Shown: piece by piece, positions 50,837 through 59,703 of the stretch
How the letters are laid out: each line of letters opens with the position of its first letter
How positions within the stretch are numbered: the first letter of the stretch is position 1
NCBI GenBank assembly: GCA_029263475.1
Contig: JAJCXK010000081.1
Coordinates: 6,698-70,697 of the forward strand
Length of the DNA: 64,000 bases
Source of the DNA: Nitrosopumilus sp.
GTDB taxonomy: Archaea > Thermoproteota > Nitrososphaeria > Nitrososphaerales > Nitrosopumilaceae
Direction of reading: 5' to 3'
The notes under the pieces: model-generated
Seen by the model: the letters and a program-made list of their open reading frames with translations, nothing else
Databases searched by the model: none
Told to the model about the DNA's origin: nothing
Made by a program: the position numbers and the translations under genes

Positions 50837-51280
50837 ATGGCATTCAAGGGCGAAGGCTCACTTGCCTACATTGACACCCAATTTCTCGTAAAGGAAGCCG
50901 GGATAAAATCTGCTGAAGTTCTAACTAGGGGTGACATATGCAATGGTCCATTTAACCAGCTTGCAAAAATTACAGGCGATGAGATTGATCTTACTGGAGG
51001 CTTTGTCCAAATCGGTGAGACTGCCACGGGAAACACCGTTAACGGTGGAATCGTAGCTGATGTATTCCTAAGGGGTGCAAAAATCATCAAGAAATGTGCT
51101 GACGGACTTCAAAGCGGTCAGGACGTCAAACTGGATGTCACTGGAGGAGTCCAGAAATTCGTTGCAGCATCCGCAGCAGATCTGGCAGCTGGCAAAAAAG
51201 CGGGACATTTCCTACATTACGTTGATTCACAACTTACAGAAGATGGTGCAGACGGAGACAACGGGGTAGTTCATACATGA
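50837..51280 (+). CDS. Putative capsid decoration/cement protein
   Basis: Gly/Ala-rich beta protein immediately before MCP. Confidence 0.6.
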   Translation: MAFKGEGSLAYIDTQFLVKEAGIKSAEVLTRGDICNGPFNQLAKITGDEIDLTGGFVQIGETATGNTVNGGIVADVFLRGAKIIKKCADGLQSGQDVKLDVTGGVQKFVAASAADLAAGKKAGHFLHYVDSQLTEDGADGDNGVVHT

Positions 51281-52536
51281 GTAACATGATGAGACAAACC
51301 TATTCTCCTAAGGAGAATGCCATCTACAATGGTAACTTGGGCACTGAAAACTTTGCCTATGCCGAATACTTTGAAGCCCAAAAGTTAGCTGAACTGTCAG
51401 CTAGTCCACAATTCTCAGCAGCTATGAAGAGCCTAATGGGTTCTGTAACTCCTGTAGAAATTGCAAAAAAGACTGACTACAAATTCACATTGTCAGCAGC
51501 AATGAGAAAGCAAGGATTGCAACTCAAAGCCGCAAAGGAATTCAAAAAGAAAATGTGGGCCGGTTCACTTACGCCCGTAGAGATTATGCAGCACCAGCAA
51601 ATCCAACAACTGAAAGGTTCGATGGATAGCCAAGTGGAGCATATCAGAACAATTCCATTAATTCCAAAAATCATAGGAGAAGTCCCTGATTTCTACTTCC
51701 TTACAGAAGCATTCACATCGGTTCCGGTTGAAAAACTGGATGCCAGAGTTCCAGAGATGGACGGCATTGGAGGAACCATGCAGCAAGGTCCGGGACAAAG
51801 AACGATTCCTGACAAGACCGATTACGACGAGCACAACTTCAAAATTAAGAGAAACGACATTGCTCTTCTATGGACCAGCGAATCTCAAATCCGTTCAGAC
51901 TTTGACATCAAGAACATTGACATCAGAAACGCACGACTCACAATGAAGAGAATGAGAGACCTTCAGGTACTCATCGAGTGCTCAAAGCTTCCAGACAACG
52001 CTGCATTGAAGATAAGGGATCCTACACAAGCAAACGGATCAGGATTTCCAAATTCTGCAAACAACGTCGTTGAGGATTTGGCAACAATCATCAGTAACTT
52101 TACAGAAGCCAGAAGTGCTCCGCTGACACACCTGATGTGGAACTCTATTGACTTTGTACTGTACCAGTCCAGCTTCCACACTACTGGATTCGTTCCAGCC
52201 CCAGACTATGCAGGATGGGGTGTCGTAGCAACTCCAAAGATTCCAGGTGTTACATCTGTCGTATCACCAATGGTTCCAAGGGGATTCTGCTACGGAATTA
52301 GCAAACCAAACGCCTTCTTAGGTGAAGGACCATTCGTCACGGAAATGGACAGGGATGCGGGAATCTACTCAGACGTCGGATACATGCACGACTTTGTCCA
52401 GGTGCTCATTGGAAACAATGCGAGATATGGTGAGAAAATCATCATCGAAGGGGTTACTCCTGGAACAGAAATAGCATCTTTGAGCCAAGCACAGAAACTG
52501 GTTGCTCCAAAGGCAACCTTGGCAAATCCTTCTTAG
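51277..52536 (+). CDS. Major capsid protein (HK97-fold inferred)
   Basis: Position and size; E-loop-like segment; IPGVTSVVSPMVP.G..Y P-domain motif. Confidence 0.8.
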   Translation: MSNMMRQTYSPKENAIYNGNLGTENFAYAEYFEAQKLAELSASPQFSAAMKSLMGSVTPVEIAKKTDYKFTLSAAMRKQGLQLKAAKEFKKKMWAGSLTPVEIMQHQQIQQLKGSMDSQVEHIRTIPLIPKIIGEVPDFYFLTEAFTSVPVEKLDARVPEMDGIGGTMQQGPGQRTIPDKTDYDEHNFKIKRNDIALLWTSESQIRSDFDIKNIDIRNARLTMKRMRDLQVLIECSKLPDNAALKIRDPTQANGSGFPNSANNVVEDLATIISNFTEARSAPLTHLMWNSIDFVLYQSSFHTTGFVPAPDYAGWGVVATPKIPGVTSVVSPMVPRGFCYGISKPNAFLGEGPFVTEMDRDAGIYSDVGYMHDFVQVLIGNNARYGEKIIIEGVTPGTEIASLSQAQKLVAPKATLANPS

Positions 52537-52676
52537 GATTTTTCTTTTGCCTCATTCCTCTTCCCTTCCAAAAAGGGAATTACTTTCCTCTTCTTCTGAC
52601 AGGAATCGTCAGCTAATCCAGTCAAAGTCTGGCATTCCCATTCTTGACATAATTGCAAGGGAGCAAAGAGAAAAAG

Positions 52677-53084
52677 ATGAGTCAGACTGAAAAGCCTGAT
52701 GAGTTTGTCACTCCCGAATTCTTCATCGAGCAGTATTCTCTTCAGAACATAGACAAGGCAAAGATTCTCCTCATTGTGCAGCAGGCCAATCGTGATCTGT
52801 CCGGAGAACTGTCATCTGCAGTAAACAATCCCTCTCTGAAAAACACGCAGCATTTCTCCTTTGCAAAGGGCGTCGCATTCACAAAGGCAGAGGCAATCTA
52901 TGCCAGGCGAATTCTAAAGGATTTGGAAACTGCAAAGGACATTGAAAAGCAGTATGACAAGGACTTTGCAAAGCTTGTGGGAAGGATAAGGCACAAAGAT
53001 TCTCCAAGGCATTACGCATCAACCACGTTTGAAGACGACTTGATATCGACGCATACCCAGGACAGGGGAATGGGTGAGCTATGA
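52677..53084 (+). CDS. Putative head-tail adaptor
   Basis: Helical ~135 aa after MCP; A...L...L and Y...F..L pattern. Confidence 0.55.
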   Translation: MSQTEKPDEFVTPEFFIEQYSLQNIDKAKILLIVQQANRDLSGELSSAVNNPSLKNTQHFSFAKGVAFTKAEAIYARRILKDLETAKDIEKQYDKDFAKLVGRIRHKDSPRHYASTTFEDDLISTHTQDRGMGEL

Positions 53085-53506
53085 GCTCCACATTTTCAGC
53101 TACGAAATTCACTACTCGTGTAAACTATCTTTGCCTGTATGAGAACCAGCCGCAAAAGATTACCTGGAAGATTCTTGATGAGTCATTGAGTCCAGTTGAT
53201 CTGTCTGCTGCGAACTTGTTCTTGAGGGTAAACGAAATGGACTCTGAAAATACTATCTTTGAGCACGCTCCAAATGATTTCACTATTGGAGGATTGGGAA
53301 ATAACGAGGTGGATCTTGATCTGATCTCATCTGACATGAAGACTCCTGGCAATTTTCAATACTATCTGTATGAATTAAGTACTGACAAGCTGTACGCCAC
53401 AGGATTGATCCGAATCATTCCGACTGATGACTCATTTGCAACTGACATCATGACAATCAATGGATACATTCTTCTCATAAACGGAGAAATGCTGATTCTA
53501 AACTAG
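53081..53506 (+). CDS. BppU-like N-terminal domain protein
   Basis: ILD....PVDLS.A...L.V and V.L.L...D...PG.F.Y.L pattern. Confidence 0.55.
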   Translation: MSSTFSATKFTTRVNYLCLYENQPQKITWKILDESLSPVDLSAANLFLRVNEMDSENTIFEHAPNDFTIGGLGNNEVDLDLISSDMKTPGNFQYYLYELSTDKLYATGLIRIIPTDDSFATDIMTINGYILLINGEMLILN

Positions 53507-53522
53507 AGGTTATGATGATTTA

Positions 53523-55031
53523 ATGGCGACTCAAGAATACAATGATCTTACACCCGAAACTTCCATCGATGATACCGATACCATCATGTTCAAGAAGACA
53601 GTGGGGGGTACATTTCATACCATTACAAAGCAAAATGCATTTTCTTCGTTGCAATCACAAATCACTTCCAATGATTCTGACATTACCGGTTTACTATCTG
53701 CAGATACCGCTTTACAGAATAACATAGATGCGGAGGCATCTTCTCGTGCATCAGCGGATACCGGATTGCAATCGCAGATTACAACTAACACTGGCAATAT
53801 CGCAACAAACGTCGCAGCCATTGCAGCACTGGTTCTGACAGACGCATCACTGCAATCGCAAATCACTGCAAACGTTGCAGCCATTTTGGGAAAGGCCGAA
53901 ACGGTTCACACTCACACAAAATCACAGATAACTGACTTTGCACACACTCATCTAAAGGCAGAAATAACTGACTTTGCTCATACTCATCTGAAGGCCGACA
54001 TCACTGACTTTGCACACACCCACACCGAATCAGAAATAACGGACTTGGGAAACTATGCTGTAGTAGGACACACTCATGCACAGGCAGACATTACGGGACT
54101 TGTTACCGCACTGGCTGGAAAATCAGCAGTGGGTCACGGGCACAACCTTTCGGAAATCACGATTGATCAAGATCTTGCAATGGGTGCCAACAGCATCACC
54201 ACTATTAATCTGACTGCAACGGGTCAGATGCTTGCAGCGGATGGAACGACTGCACTCCCGGCATATTCATTTTCAAGTGATATTGATACCGGCGTAAGGC
54301 TAAACGGTCCAAACGTGGGGGAACTAGTTGCTGGCGGAATACAGTCTATGAGATGGACGACCTCAGACATCAGACCAAACAAAATCGAGATGGGCAATGG
54401 CGATATCGCAGCGGTAAAAAACATCATGGTAGGAAACGCATCAGCAGTCGGACTTTCCGGCTCAGGGGTTTTCACAGCAAAGATAGCTGTTGCACCATCA
54501 ACTAACGTTCCAGGCCAGTTCCAGATATGGGCAGCAGACATCAACGGAGTAGACCTTACAACGGGAATGGTGCTGCGAACCGAGGATGCAAGAACCTTCA
54601 CTTTCGGAAAGGCCGGAGGAATCGAGATAGGCTCTGGCGTGGCAGAAGACGTTGACCTAATCCAGGTAAACGAGGGCACTGCGTTTGCATCAAGGCCGAG
54701 GATGTTTTGGGATGAGTCCTCTAATGCGTTTAGTATTGGTGGTGGTGCTAATTTTCATGTTAATGCGTTGACAGTATTTCAAAATATGACTATGAGCAAT
54801 ACCAAAAATTTCATTCTTAGCAATGCGACTGGATCAATGATGGGAACTGCCGCAGACCAAAAGTTTGCGTTATGGGGGGTACCTCCGATAGCCCAACCAA
54901 CGGCACTCACAGCAGCAGATGTCAATGTTCCAAACTCTGGTGATGCGACTACTGATGCAATCATAGCAAATCTGCAAACAAGAAATCAGGAATTGGAGAC
55001 AAAACTTCAGGCATTGGGGGCCATAGCCTAG
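53523..55031 (+). CDS. Trimeric fibre (probable head fibre) with coiled coil and HxH repeats
   Basis: Coiled coil, (HTHxKxxITDFA)n, C-terminal GTAADQKFALWGVPPIAQP...LETKLQALGAI. Confidence 0.8.
   Translation: MATQEYNDLTPETSIDDTDTIMFKKTVGGTFHTITKQNAFSSLQSQITSNDSDITGLLSADTALQNNIDAEASSRASADTGLQSQITTNTGNIATNVAAIAALVLTDASLQSQITANVAAILGKAETVHTHTKSQITDFAHTHLKAEITDFAHTHLKADITDFAHTHTESEITDLGNYAVVGHTHAQADITGLVTALAGKSAVGHGHNLSEITIDQDLAMGANSITTINLTATGQMLAADGTTALPAYSFSSDIDTGVRLNGPNVGELVAGGIQSMRWTTSDIRPNKIEMGNGDIAAVKNIMVGNASAVGLSGSGVFTAKIAVAPSTNVPGQFQIWAADINGVDLTTGMVLRTEDARTFTFGKAGGIEIGSGVAEDVDLIQVNEGTAFASRPRMFWDESSNAFSIGGGANFHVNALTVFQNMTMSNTKNFILSNATGSMMGTAADQKFALWGVPPIAQPTALTAADVNVPNSGDATTDAIIANLQTRNQELETKLQALGAIA
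53907..54050 (+). repeat. 36-nt/12-aa HxH tandem repeat x4
   Basis: HTHTKSQITDFA/HTHLKAEITDFA/HTHLKADITDFA/HTHTESEITDLG. Confidence 0.9.
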
Positions 55032-55043
55032 GAAATCATACTC

Positions 55044-55421
55044 ATGACAAACATAAACAAAAATCTGAAATCAGAAATCATTGCATCCTCGGATGGAAAG
55101 GACTACTCCGTAGTGGGGGAGAATCTCGTCATCAGGACCGGAATAACCAAGACAAGAAAGGTTGACGTGATTGTTGACGGCAAGGTCACGGGACAAAAAG
55201 ACGAGTCATATGATGCAAACATCGAGACTCCGTTTTCGTACCCGCAGGCCAAGGTGAAAAGAATGCTTGAGAAGGTATCATGGGAGGACATTCTCGCATT
55301 TGTCCGTGTGATAAGTGCGGTAAACGAGGATGATGCGGAGCAGCGAGAGATAAGAAAAAGCAATCCTGCACCCGTACCTACAATTGATCCCGAGCTGGAC
55401 TCGATGCTGTCCTCTGAATAG
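55044..55421 (+). CDS. Viral hypothetical protein (fibre-associated)
   Basis: ORF track; follows the fibre gene. Confidence 0.7.
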   Translation: MTNINKNLKSEIIASSDGKDYSVVGENLVIRTGITKTRKVDVIVDGKVTGQKDESYDANIETPFSYPQAKVKRMLEKVSWEDILAFVRVISAVNEDDAEQREIRKSNPAPVPTIDPELDSMLSSE

Positions 55422-55499
55422 TGGCAATCACGCCAACCAACTTTTTTTATTTTTCCTAATCGAATACTTCTCTAGTATTATTCCATCTCTAAATGATTC

Positions 55500-55892
55500 A
55501 TGTCAGACAAATTCGTTACAGTCGACCTAAAGCAGTCATTGACCGGGCTCAACGGCAAGCCCATGAAGGAGACAAGCGAGAAGGACTCAAAGAACCTCTC
55601 GCTTGGAAAGTGCATCGCATCTATGCTAAACGCCCTGACCAACTTTGAGAAATCCGAGGCCATCAAGCTGTTTCGTGAGATTGACTCCTACTACAACGAG
55701 GAGCCTTTGGAGGCAGACATTGACAAGCTGGAATGGATGATCAAAAAGCTGGAGGGAGTTGAGCATTACACTCCTTATGCGTTGGGACAGGTCCTGAGCA
55801 TCCTTGAAGACTACAAGGACAAGCTGAAGAAGAAGCAAGAGAAGGCAAGTTCAAAACCTGCAAAGAAAGAAGATGAACAGAAGGAAGAATAA
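55500..55892 (+). CDS. Viral hypothetical protein
   Basis: ORF track; late motif at -35. Confidence 0.75.
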   Translation: MSDKFVTVDLKQSLTGLNGKPMKETSEKDSKNLSLGKCIASMLNALTNFEKSEAIKLFREIDSYYNEEPLEADIDKLEWMIKKLEGVEHYTPYALGQVLSILEDYKDKLKKKQEKASSKPAKKEDEQKEE

Positions 55893-55909
55893 ACTTCTCC
55901 TTTATCCAT

Positions 55910-56216
55910 TTTTTATTTTATGCACACTGACAATTGTTTTCGTTCATGCAATTCACTTATCAGATACAAATTCCAATAAATGACATGGCAAAGACTGTAG
56001 CCAAAAAGAAAAAAGCAGAAAAGAAATCAGCGTCCAAGAAACTTGCAAAGAAACCGGTACCTAAGAAAAAGACAGTTACAAAAAAGAAGACAGTTCCAAA
56101 GGCACCAGAGGAAGACTATTCTGATCTGTTTGCAAAGATTGTAGACCTTGAGGAAAGGATAGAGAAACTGGAAAAGTAACTCCTCTTTTTATTTTATGCA
56201 CACTGACAATTGTTTT
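55910..56216 (+). repeat. 31-bp direct repeat pair (55910-55940; 56186-56216)
   Basis: TTTTTATTTTATGCACACTGACAATTGTTTT identical twice. Confidence 0.9.
55985..56179 (+). CDS. Lys-rich histone H1-like protein with a coiled-coil tip
   Basis: MAKTVAKKKKAEKKSASKKLAKKPVPKKK...LEERIEKLEK. Confidence 0.75.
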   Translation: MAKTVAKKKKAEKKSASKKLAKKPVPKKKTVTKKKTVPKAPEEDYSDLFAKIVDLEERIEKLEK

Positions 56217-56258
56217 TGTCATTAATGCATAATACACGGTTTTTAATCCTAAACCGAA

Positions 56259-56426
56259 ATGGCTACAGCTAAAAAGGCGGCAACAAAGAAGAAAGTTGCA
56301 GCAAAGAAAAAACCAGCAGCAAAGAAGACTGTGACAAAGAAGACTGTGACAAAAAAACCGTTGTCAAAGTCTGATGCGTCAAAGAAAGGCTGGATAACAC
56401 GAAGGGCAAATCAGAAAAAGAAATAG
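56259..56426 (+). CDS. 55-aa Lys/Ala-rich histone H1-like protein
   Basis: MATAKKAATKKKVAAKKKPAAKKTVTKKTVTKKPLSKSDASKKGWITRRANQKKK; not in the ORF track. Confidence 0.75.
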   Translation: MATAKKAATKKKVAAKKKPAAKKTVTKKTVTKKPLSKSDASKKGWITRRANQKKK

Positions 56427-56471
56427 AGAATGATTAAACTTCTCTTTACCTTTTTACCTTATTTTTTATTC

Positions 56472-57308
56472 ATGGCCTCAATTGATTATGCTGGAGACAT
56501 AAGCAGAATCATCACGATTCTACAATCCCATCTTAATCTCTGGGATACGTCAAATCCTGATGGAAAGCTAAACGCAATATCTTTTGGAGAACAGCGTGGG
56601 GGGAATCAGGACAAGGCAACGATAGCTCCGCCCTTTGCGGTAATCACTACTCCATCTCAGCCTTTCATCACAAAGGATTCGCTGGGAATCGGAGACAATT
56701 CGTCTGATCCTCAAAGCACCGTCCTGTATGAGATAAAGGTATTCGCAGAAGGCTCACTCCCAGAGGATGCGGAAAAGAACCTGTATGATTTCATAAGGGA
56801 GATAGTCGACACCCTGAGAGCAAACCCTCGTGGAAAGGATCCGATCTCCCTTGGTGATCCTAAATGGACTCGCTCATTCGTAAAGGACGTTGCTCAAAAT
56901 CAGACGAATCGTGGAAAACCCGTACAATCTGCCACCATCACCATCCAATGCCAGATTGGAGATTCCATTCAGCTGGTCTATGATGGAATGACAATATCCG
57001 TACTGGAGGAGGCAAGCAGTCCTCACGGATGGACCACTCAAAACAAGCCTGATGATGACGGTCTTGCAGACGTCGTACCGATATCCCTGGAGGAAAAGAA
57101 ATTCTTCAAGATTGAGACGAATCCTACATTGCAATCCGCACTGAGGGCAAAGTTGCGTTTACCTGGATACAGGGCAGCAACGATTACAAGAAACGGAATC
57201 GCAAGAAACATCACTCTTTCCATGCTGACGAATCTTTCTGAGATTTCAATCTATGATCAGATTCAGCAGGCCGTAATAGCGATTGCGATAATCCGTGATA
57301 CTTCCTAA
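56472..57308 (+). CDS. Putative tail terminator/completion protein with an extra domain
   Basis: PPFAVIT, YEIKVFA, I.EIVDTLRANP; ATG 56472 supported by the -35 motif. Confidence 0.55.
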   Translation: MASIDYAGDISRIITILQSHLNLWDTSNPDGKLNAISFGEQRGGNQDKATIAPPFAVITTPSQPFITKDSLGIGDNSSDPQSTVLYEIKVFAEGSLPEDAEKNLYDFIREIVDTLRANPRGKDPISLGDPKWTRSFVKDVAQNQTNRGKPVQSATITIQCQIGDSIQLVYDGMTISVLEEASSPHGWTTQNKPDDDGLADVVPISLEEKKFFKIETNPTLQSALRAKLRLPGYRAATITRNGIARNITLSMLTNLSEISIYDQIQQAVIAIAIIRDTS

Positions 57309-57333
57309 AACTCATCTGAGATAATTATTTTCA

Positions 57334-57909
57334 TTGGGAGATAACGTAATCAACCAGGGCGGTGACGGTCTGGTCTGGACCGTCAAGGGATTTCTAAAGA
57401 CCGTTGTTCGTGCAGCTACAACTCCCTTTGCAGTACAGGATACGTTCCAGCTCAAAAAGGCAGTTGATGTTGATTTTGATCTTTCTCCAGCTTTTGAATT
57501 AAGATTTGATGATGATGGAAGATTCGATGTGGTACCAACAGGTGACGTTGGCACATGGACTACACGTCTACCTCTAACGTCTGATGTCGTATCCACAAAG
57601 ACCGGGAAAACAATTGCTGCAGGTGGTGGTGGAATCACAAATGCAGACAGAAACACTCTGAACTATTGGTTTCATGAGCTTATTGGCAAGAAATTTCCGC
57701 CAATTGAATTCGACGATGAGATGGCAACAAACGAGGCGACTCCAAAGCAAATCAATCTTGGCTTCAAGGGATACCTTACGGGATTCAGAAAGATAAGAAC
57801 CGAGACAGAAGGGGTGTTTGATCTGGAACTTTCAGGAATCATCAGACAGGATACTGCTGCAGAGATTGCAGCTAACGTTGATGCCGGAATCATCAAGACG
57901 ACTCCGTAG
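57334..57909 (+). CDS. Putative tail tube protein
   Basis: Beta-rich; FKGYLTGF...GVFDLELSGII C-terminus. Confidence 0.6.
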   Translation: MGDNVINQGGDGLVWTVKGFLKTVVRAATTPFAVQDTFQLKKAVDVDFDLSPAFELRFDDDGRFDVVPTGDVGTWTTRLPLTSDVVSTKTGKTIAAGGGGITNADRNTLNYWFHELIGKKFPPIEFDDEMATNEATPKQINLGFKGYLTGFRKIRTETEGVFDLELSGIIRQDTAAEIAANVDAGIIKTTP

Positions 57910-57911
57910 AA

Positions 57912-58430
57912 TTGGATGCGTTATCTTCCTTATCTGATATAGGAAAGGTGGAATTCAACCTTTCACAAATCGAACTGTTTCGTTTTGATCATGGCAGGCA
58001 GACGCTGACCACTCTGGTGAATCAGCACATCATAGATTCGATGCACAGCTCTATGAAAAGTGCAAACTATTCTCAGAAGATAATCGAAAGGACGTTTCTT
58101 GACAGAATAGAGTTTCTGGGAAATGGAGATGCACAGATTCATATCAAATCTGACTATTCCTCAGAGTCCGGATTTGACGTATCTGAAGCCAGGGAAAAGG
58201 GGACAAAGAGGCACAAAATAGAGCCAAAGGGAGGCACGAGTCCTGCAGGTCCGCCTTTTGCATTGTCGTTTTTCATTAACGGTAAAAGGGTATTCTCAAA
58301 GGGACATTATGTCTCTGGAATCATAGCATCGCACATCATTGAAAATACGATCCAGTCAAACGAATCAACTGTAAGGTCTGAATTTCAGAGAATCGAGCAG
58401 CAGTGGATAAATGACACGCTAGCAAAATAG
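57912..58430 (+). CDS. HK97 gp10-like neck/tail completion protein
   Basis: EKGTKRHKIEPK...ALSF...G..VFSK...V.G motif. Confidence 0.65.
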   Translation: MDALSSLSDIGKVEFNLSQIELFRFDHGRQTLTTLVNQHIIDSMHSSMKSANYSQKIIERTFLDRIEFLGNGDAQIHIKSDYSSESGFDVSEAREKGTKRHKIEPKGGTSPAGPPFALSFFINGKRVFSKGHYVSGIIASHIIENTIQSNESTVRSEFQRIEQQWINDTLAK

Positions 58431-58464
58431 TTCTCAAAACGTATCACGATAAAATAATTCCATA

Positions 58465-59163
58465 ATGGTTGATTCTGAATTTCGCATTCCTATAGCCAGT
58501 AATTCAGATATTGACGATGCAAGAAAAAAGCTTGCAGAGATAAAGAAAATCAAGAGAGAGGAGGCAGACCTCAGACGACGTGGAGGAATTTTCAAAGGCG
58601 ATGTCGAAGAGGGAGATGCAAGAAGGGGACTCCCAAGGCAAAAGCAATCAGCAAAGGTAAAACCATCTGCAAGAGAGGATCGAAGATCAGAGAATCCAAT
58701 TGCAAAGGACAAGCGATTGAGAAAAGAAGATGATGATAAAACCAAAGAGTTTAGGAAATTCCAGGAGCAGCTTGACAATCTCCAAGTGACACAGAAAAAA
58801 CAGGAAAAGGATTTTTCAAACTTTCAAGAGTTTCTAAATCCGCTAGGTGCTGCAGGTGGCAGAATTTCTTCTGTCGTAAGCAAGCTGATTCCGTTGGCAC
58901 TGATTACGGAAATCGGCAACATCGTAATTGAGAGAATGAGAAAGGAGTTTGGTCCTGGAGGACGAAGCGATTTGCGTAAGCTGATCCTGGTTGCGACAAG
59001 AGAGGTATTCTCAATCGCACTTCGAATAAAGAGAAATCGTGGTGATGTATTCTTTGCATCGCAGAATAAATCCGCAGCATATCAGGGAGCACCTGGAATT
59101 TCAAACACCGAAAGGTTGGCAGACGGCCATCTTAGGGATATTCTGATTGATCCTGGGAGATAA
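58465..59163 (+). CDS. Putative short tape-measure protein
   Basis: Helical, position before Dit/hub-like genes, Gly/Ala hydrophobic stretch. Confidence 0.45.
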   Translation: MVDSEFRIPIASNSDIDDARKKLAEIKKIKREEADLRRRGGIFKGDVEEGDARRGLPRQKQSAKVKPSAREDRRSENPIAKDKRLRKEDDDKTKEFRKFQEQLDNLQVTQKKQEKDFSNFQEFLNPLGAAGGRISSVVSKLIPLALITEIGNIVIERMRKEFGPGGRSDLRKLILVATREVFSIALRIKRNRGDVFFASQNKSAAYQGAPGISNTERLADGHLRDILIDPGR

Positions 59164-59178
59164 TGCTGGTATCATATC

Positions 59179-59703
59179 ATGACTGACACTGCAATCCTGT
59201 ACAGGCGAACTGCTGTGACTCCAAGGGATGTCGGAACATATCCTGACTTGATTGATGAGCTAAGCGATGACAATTACATTGATGCTGCAGACAAGATTTT
59301 CTTTACTACAAAGATTCGTCAGTTTGAGGGATTTGAGAGGAGATATGATAACAAGATTCGTACTGTCTCACACATCAACTCTAAGGGTCAGATTTCCCAG
59401 CAAAGCAAGCATTACGGAATGGATGGTCTGGACATTGACATCTTTGGAAACTTCAAGGACAAGGCAGACATTTCCAAGCTGATATCCTTTGAGGAGACAT
59501 ATCAGACTCCTGCAGAATATCCTGACGGAATAATCGGCCTGTATGTCATCAACTATGATTTTCTAAACAAGGACCCTGACAAGACTGCCAAGAAAGGCTA
59601 TCTCCTCATGGGAAGCGTGACTGGCCATGTGGGCAGCAAGAGCACCATCTGGGACTTTAGGACGACATTGAGATTCGGAGGCGTGCTGAAAAGTGCCAGC
59701 TAG
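59179..59703 (+). CDS. Putative distal tail (Dit-like) protein
   Basis: Position; IDIFGNF, WDFRTTL. Confidence 0.5.
   Translation: MTDTAILYRRTAVTPRDVGTYPDLIDELSDDNYIDAADKIFFTTKIRQFEGFERRYDNKIRTVSHINSKGQISQQSKHYGMDGLDIDIFGNFKDKADISKLISFEETYQTPAEYPDGIIGLYVINYDFLNKDPDKTAKKGYLLMGSVTGHVGSKSTIWDFRTTLRFGGVLKSAS

Larger units (their letters stand above)
47080..57304 (+). promoter_or_regulatory. Dispersed late-promoter motif (T/A)ACTTC, 35 nt before start codons
   Basis: Motif at 47080, 48890, 49618, 55465, 56437, 57299; starts at 47115, 48925, 49653, 55500, 56472, 57334. Confidence 0.8.
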
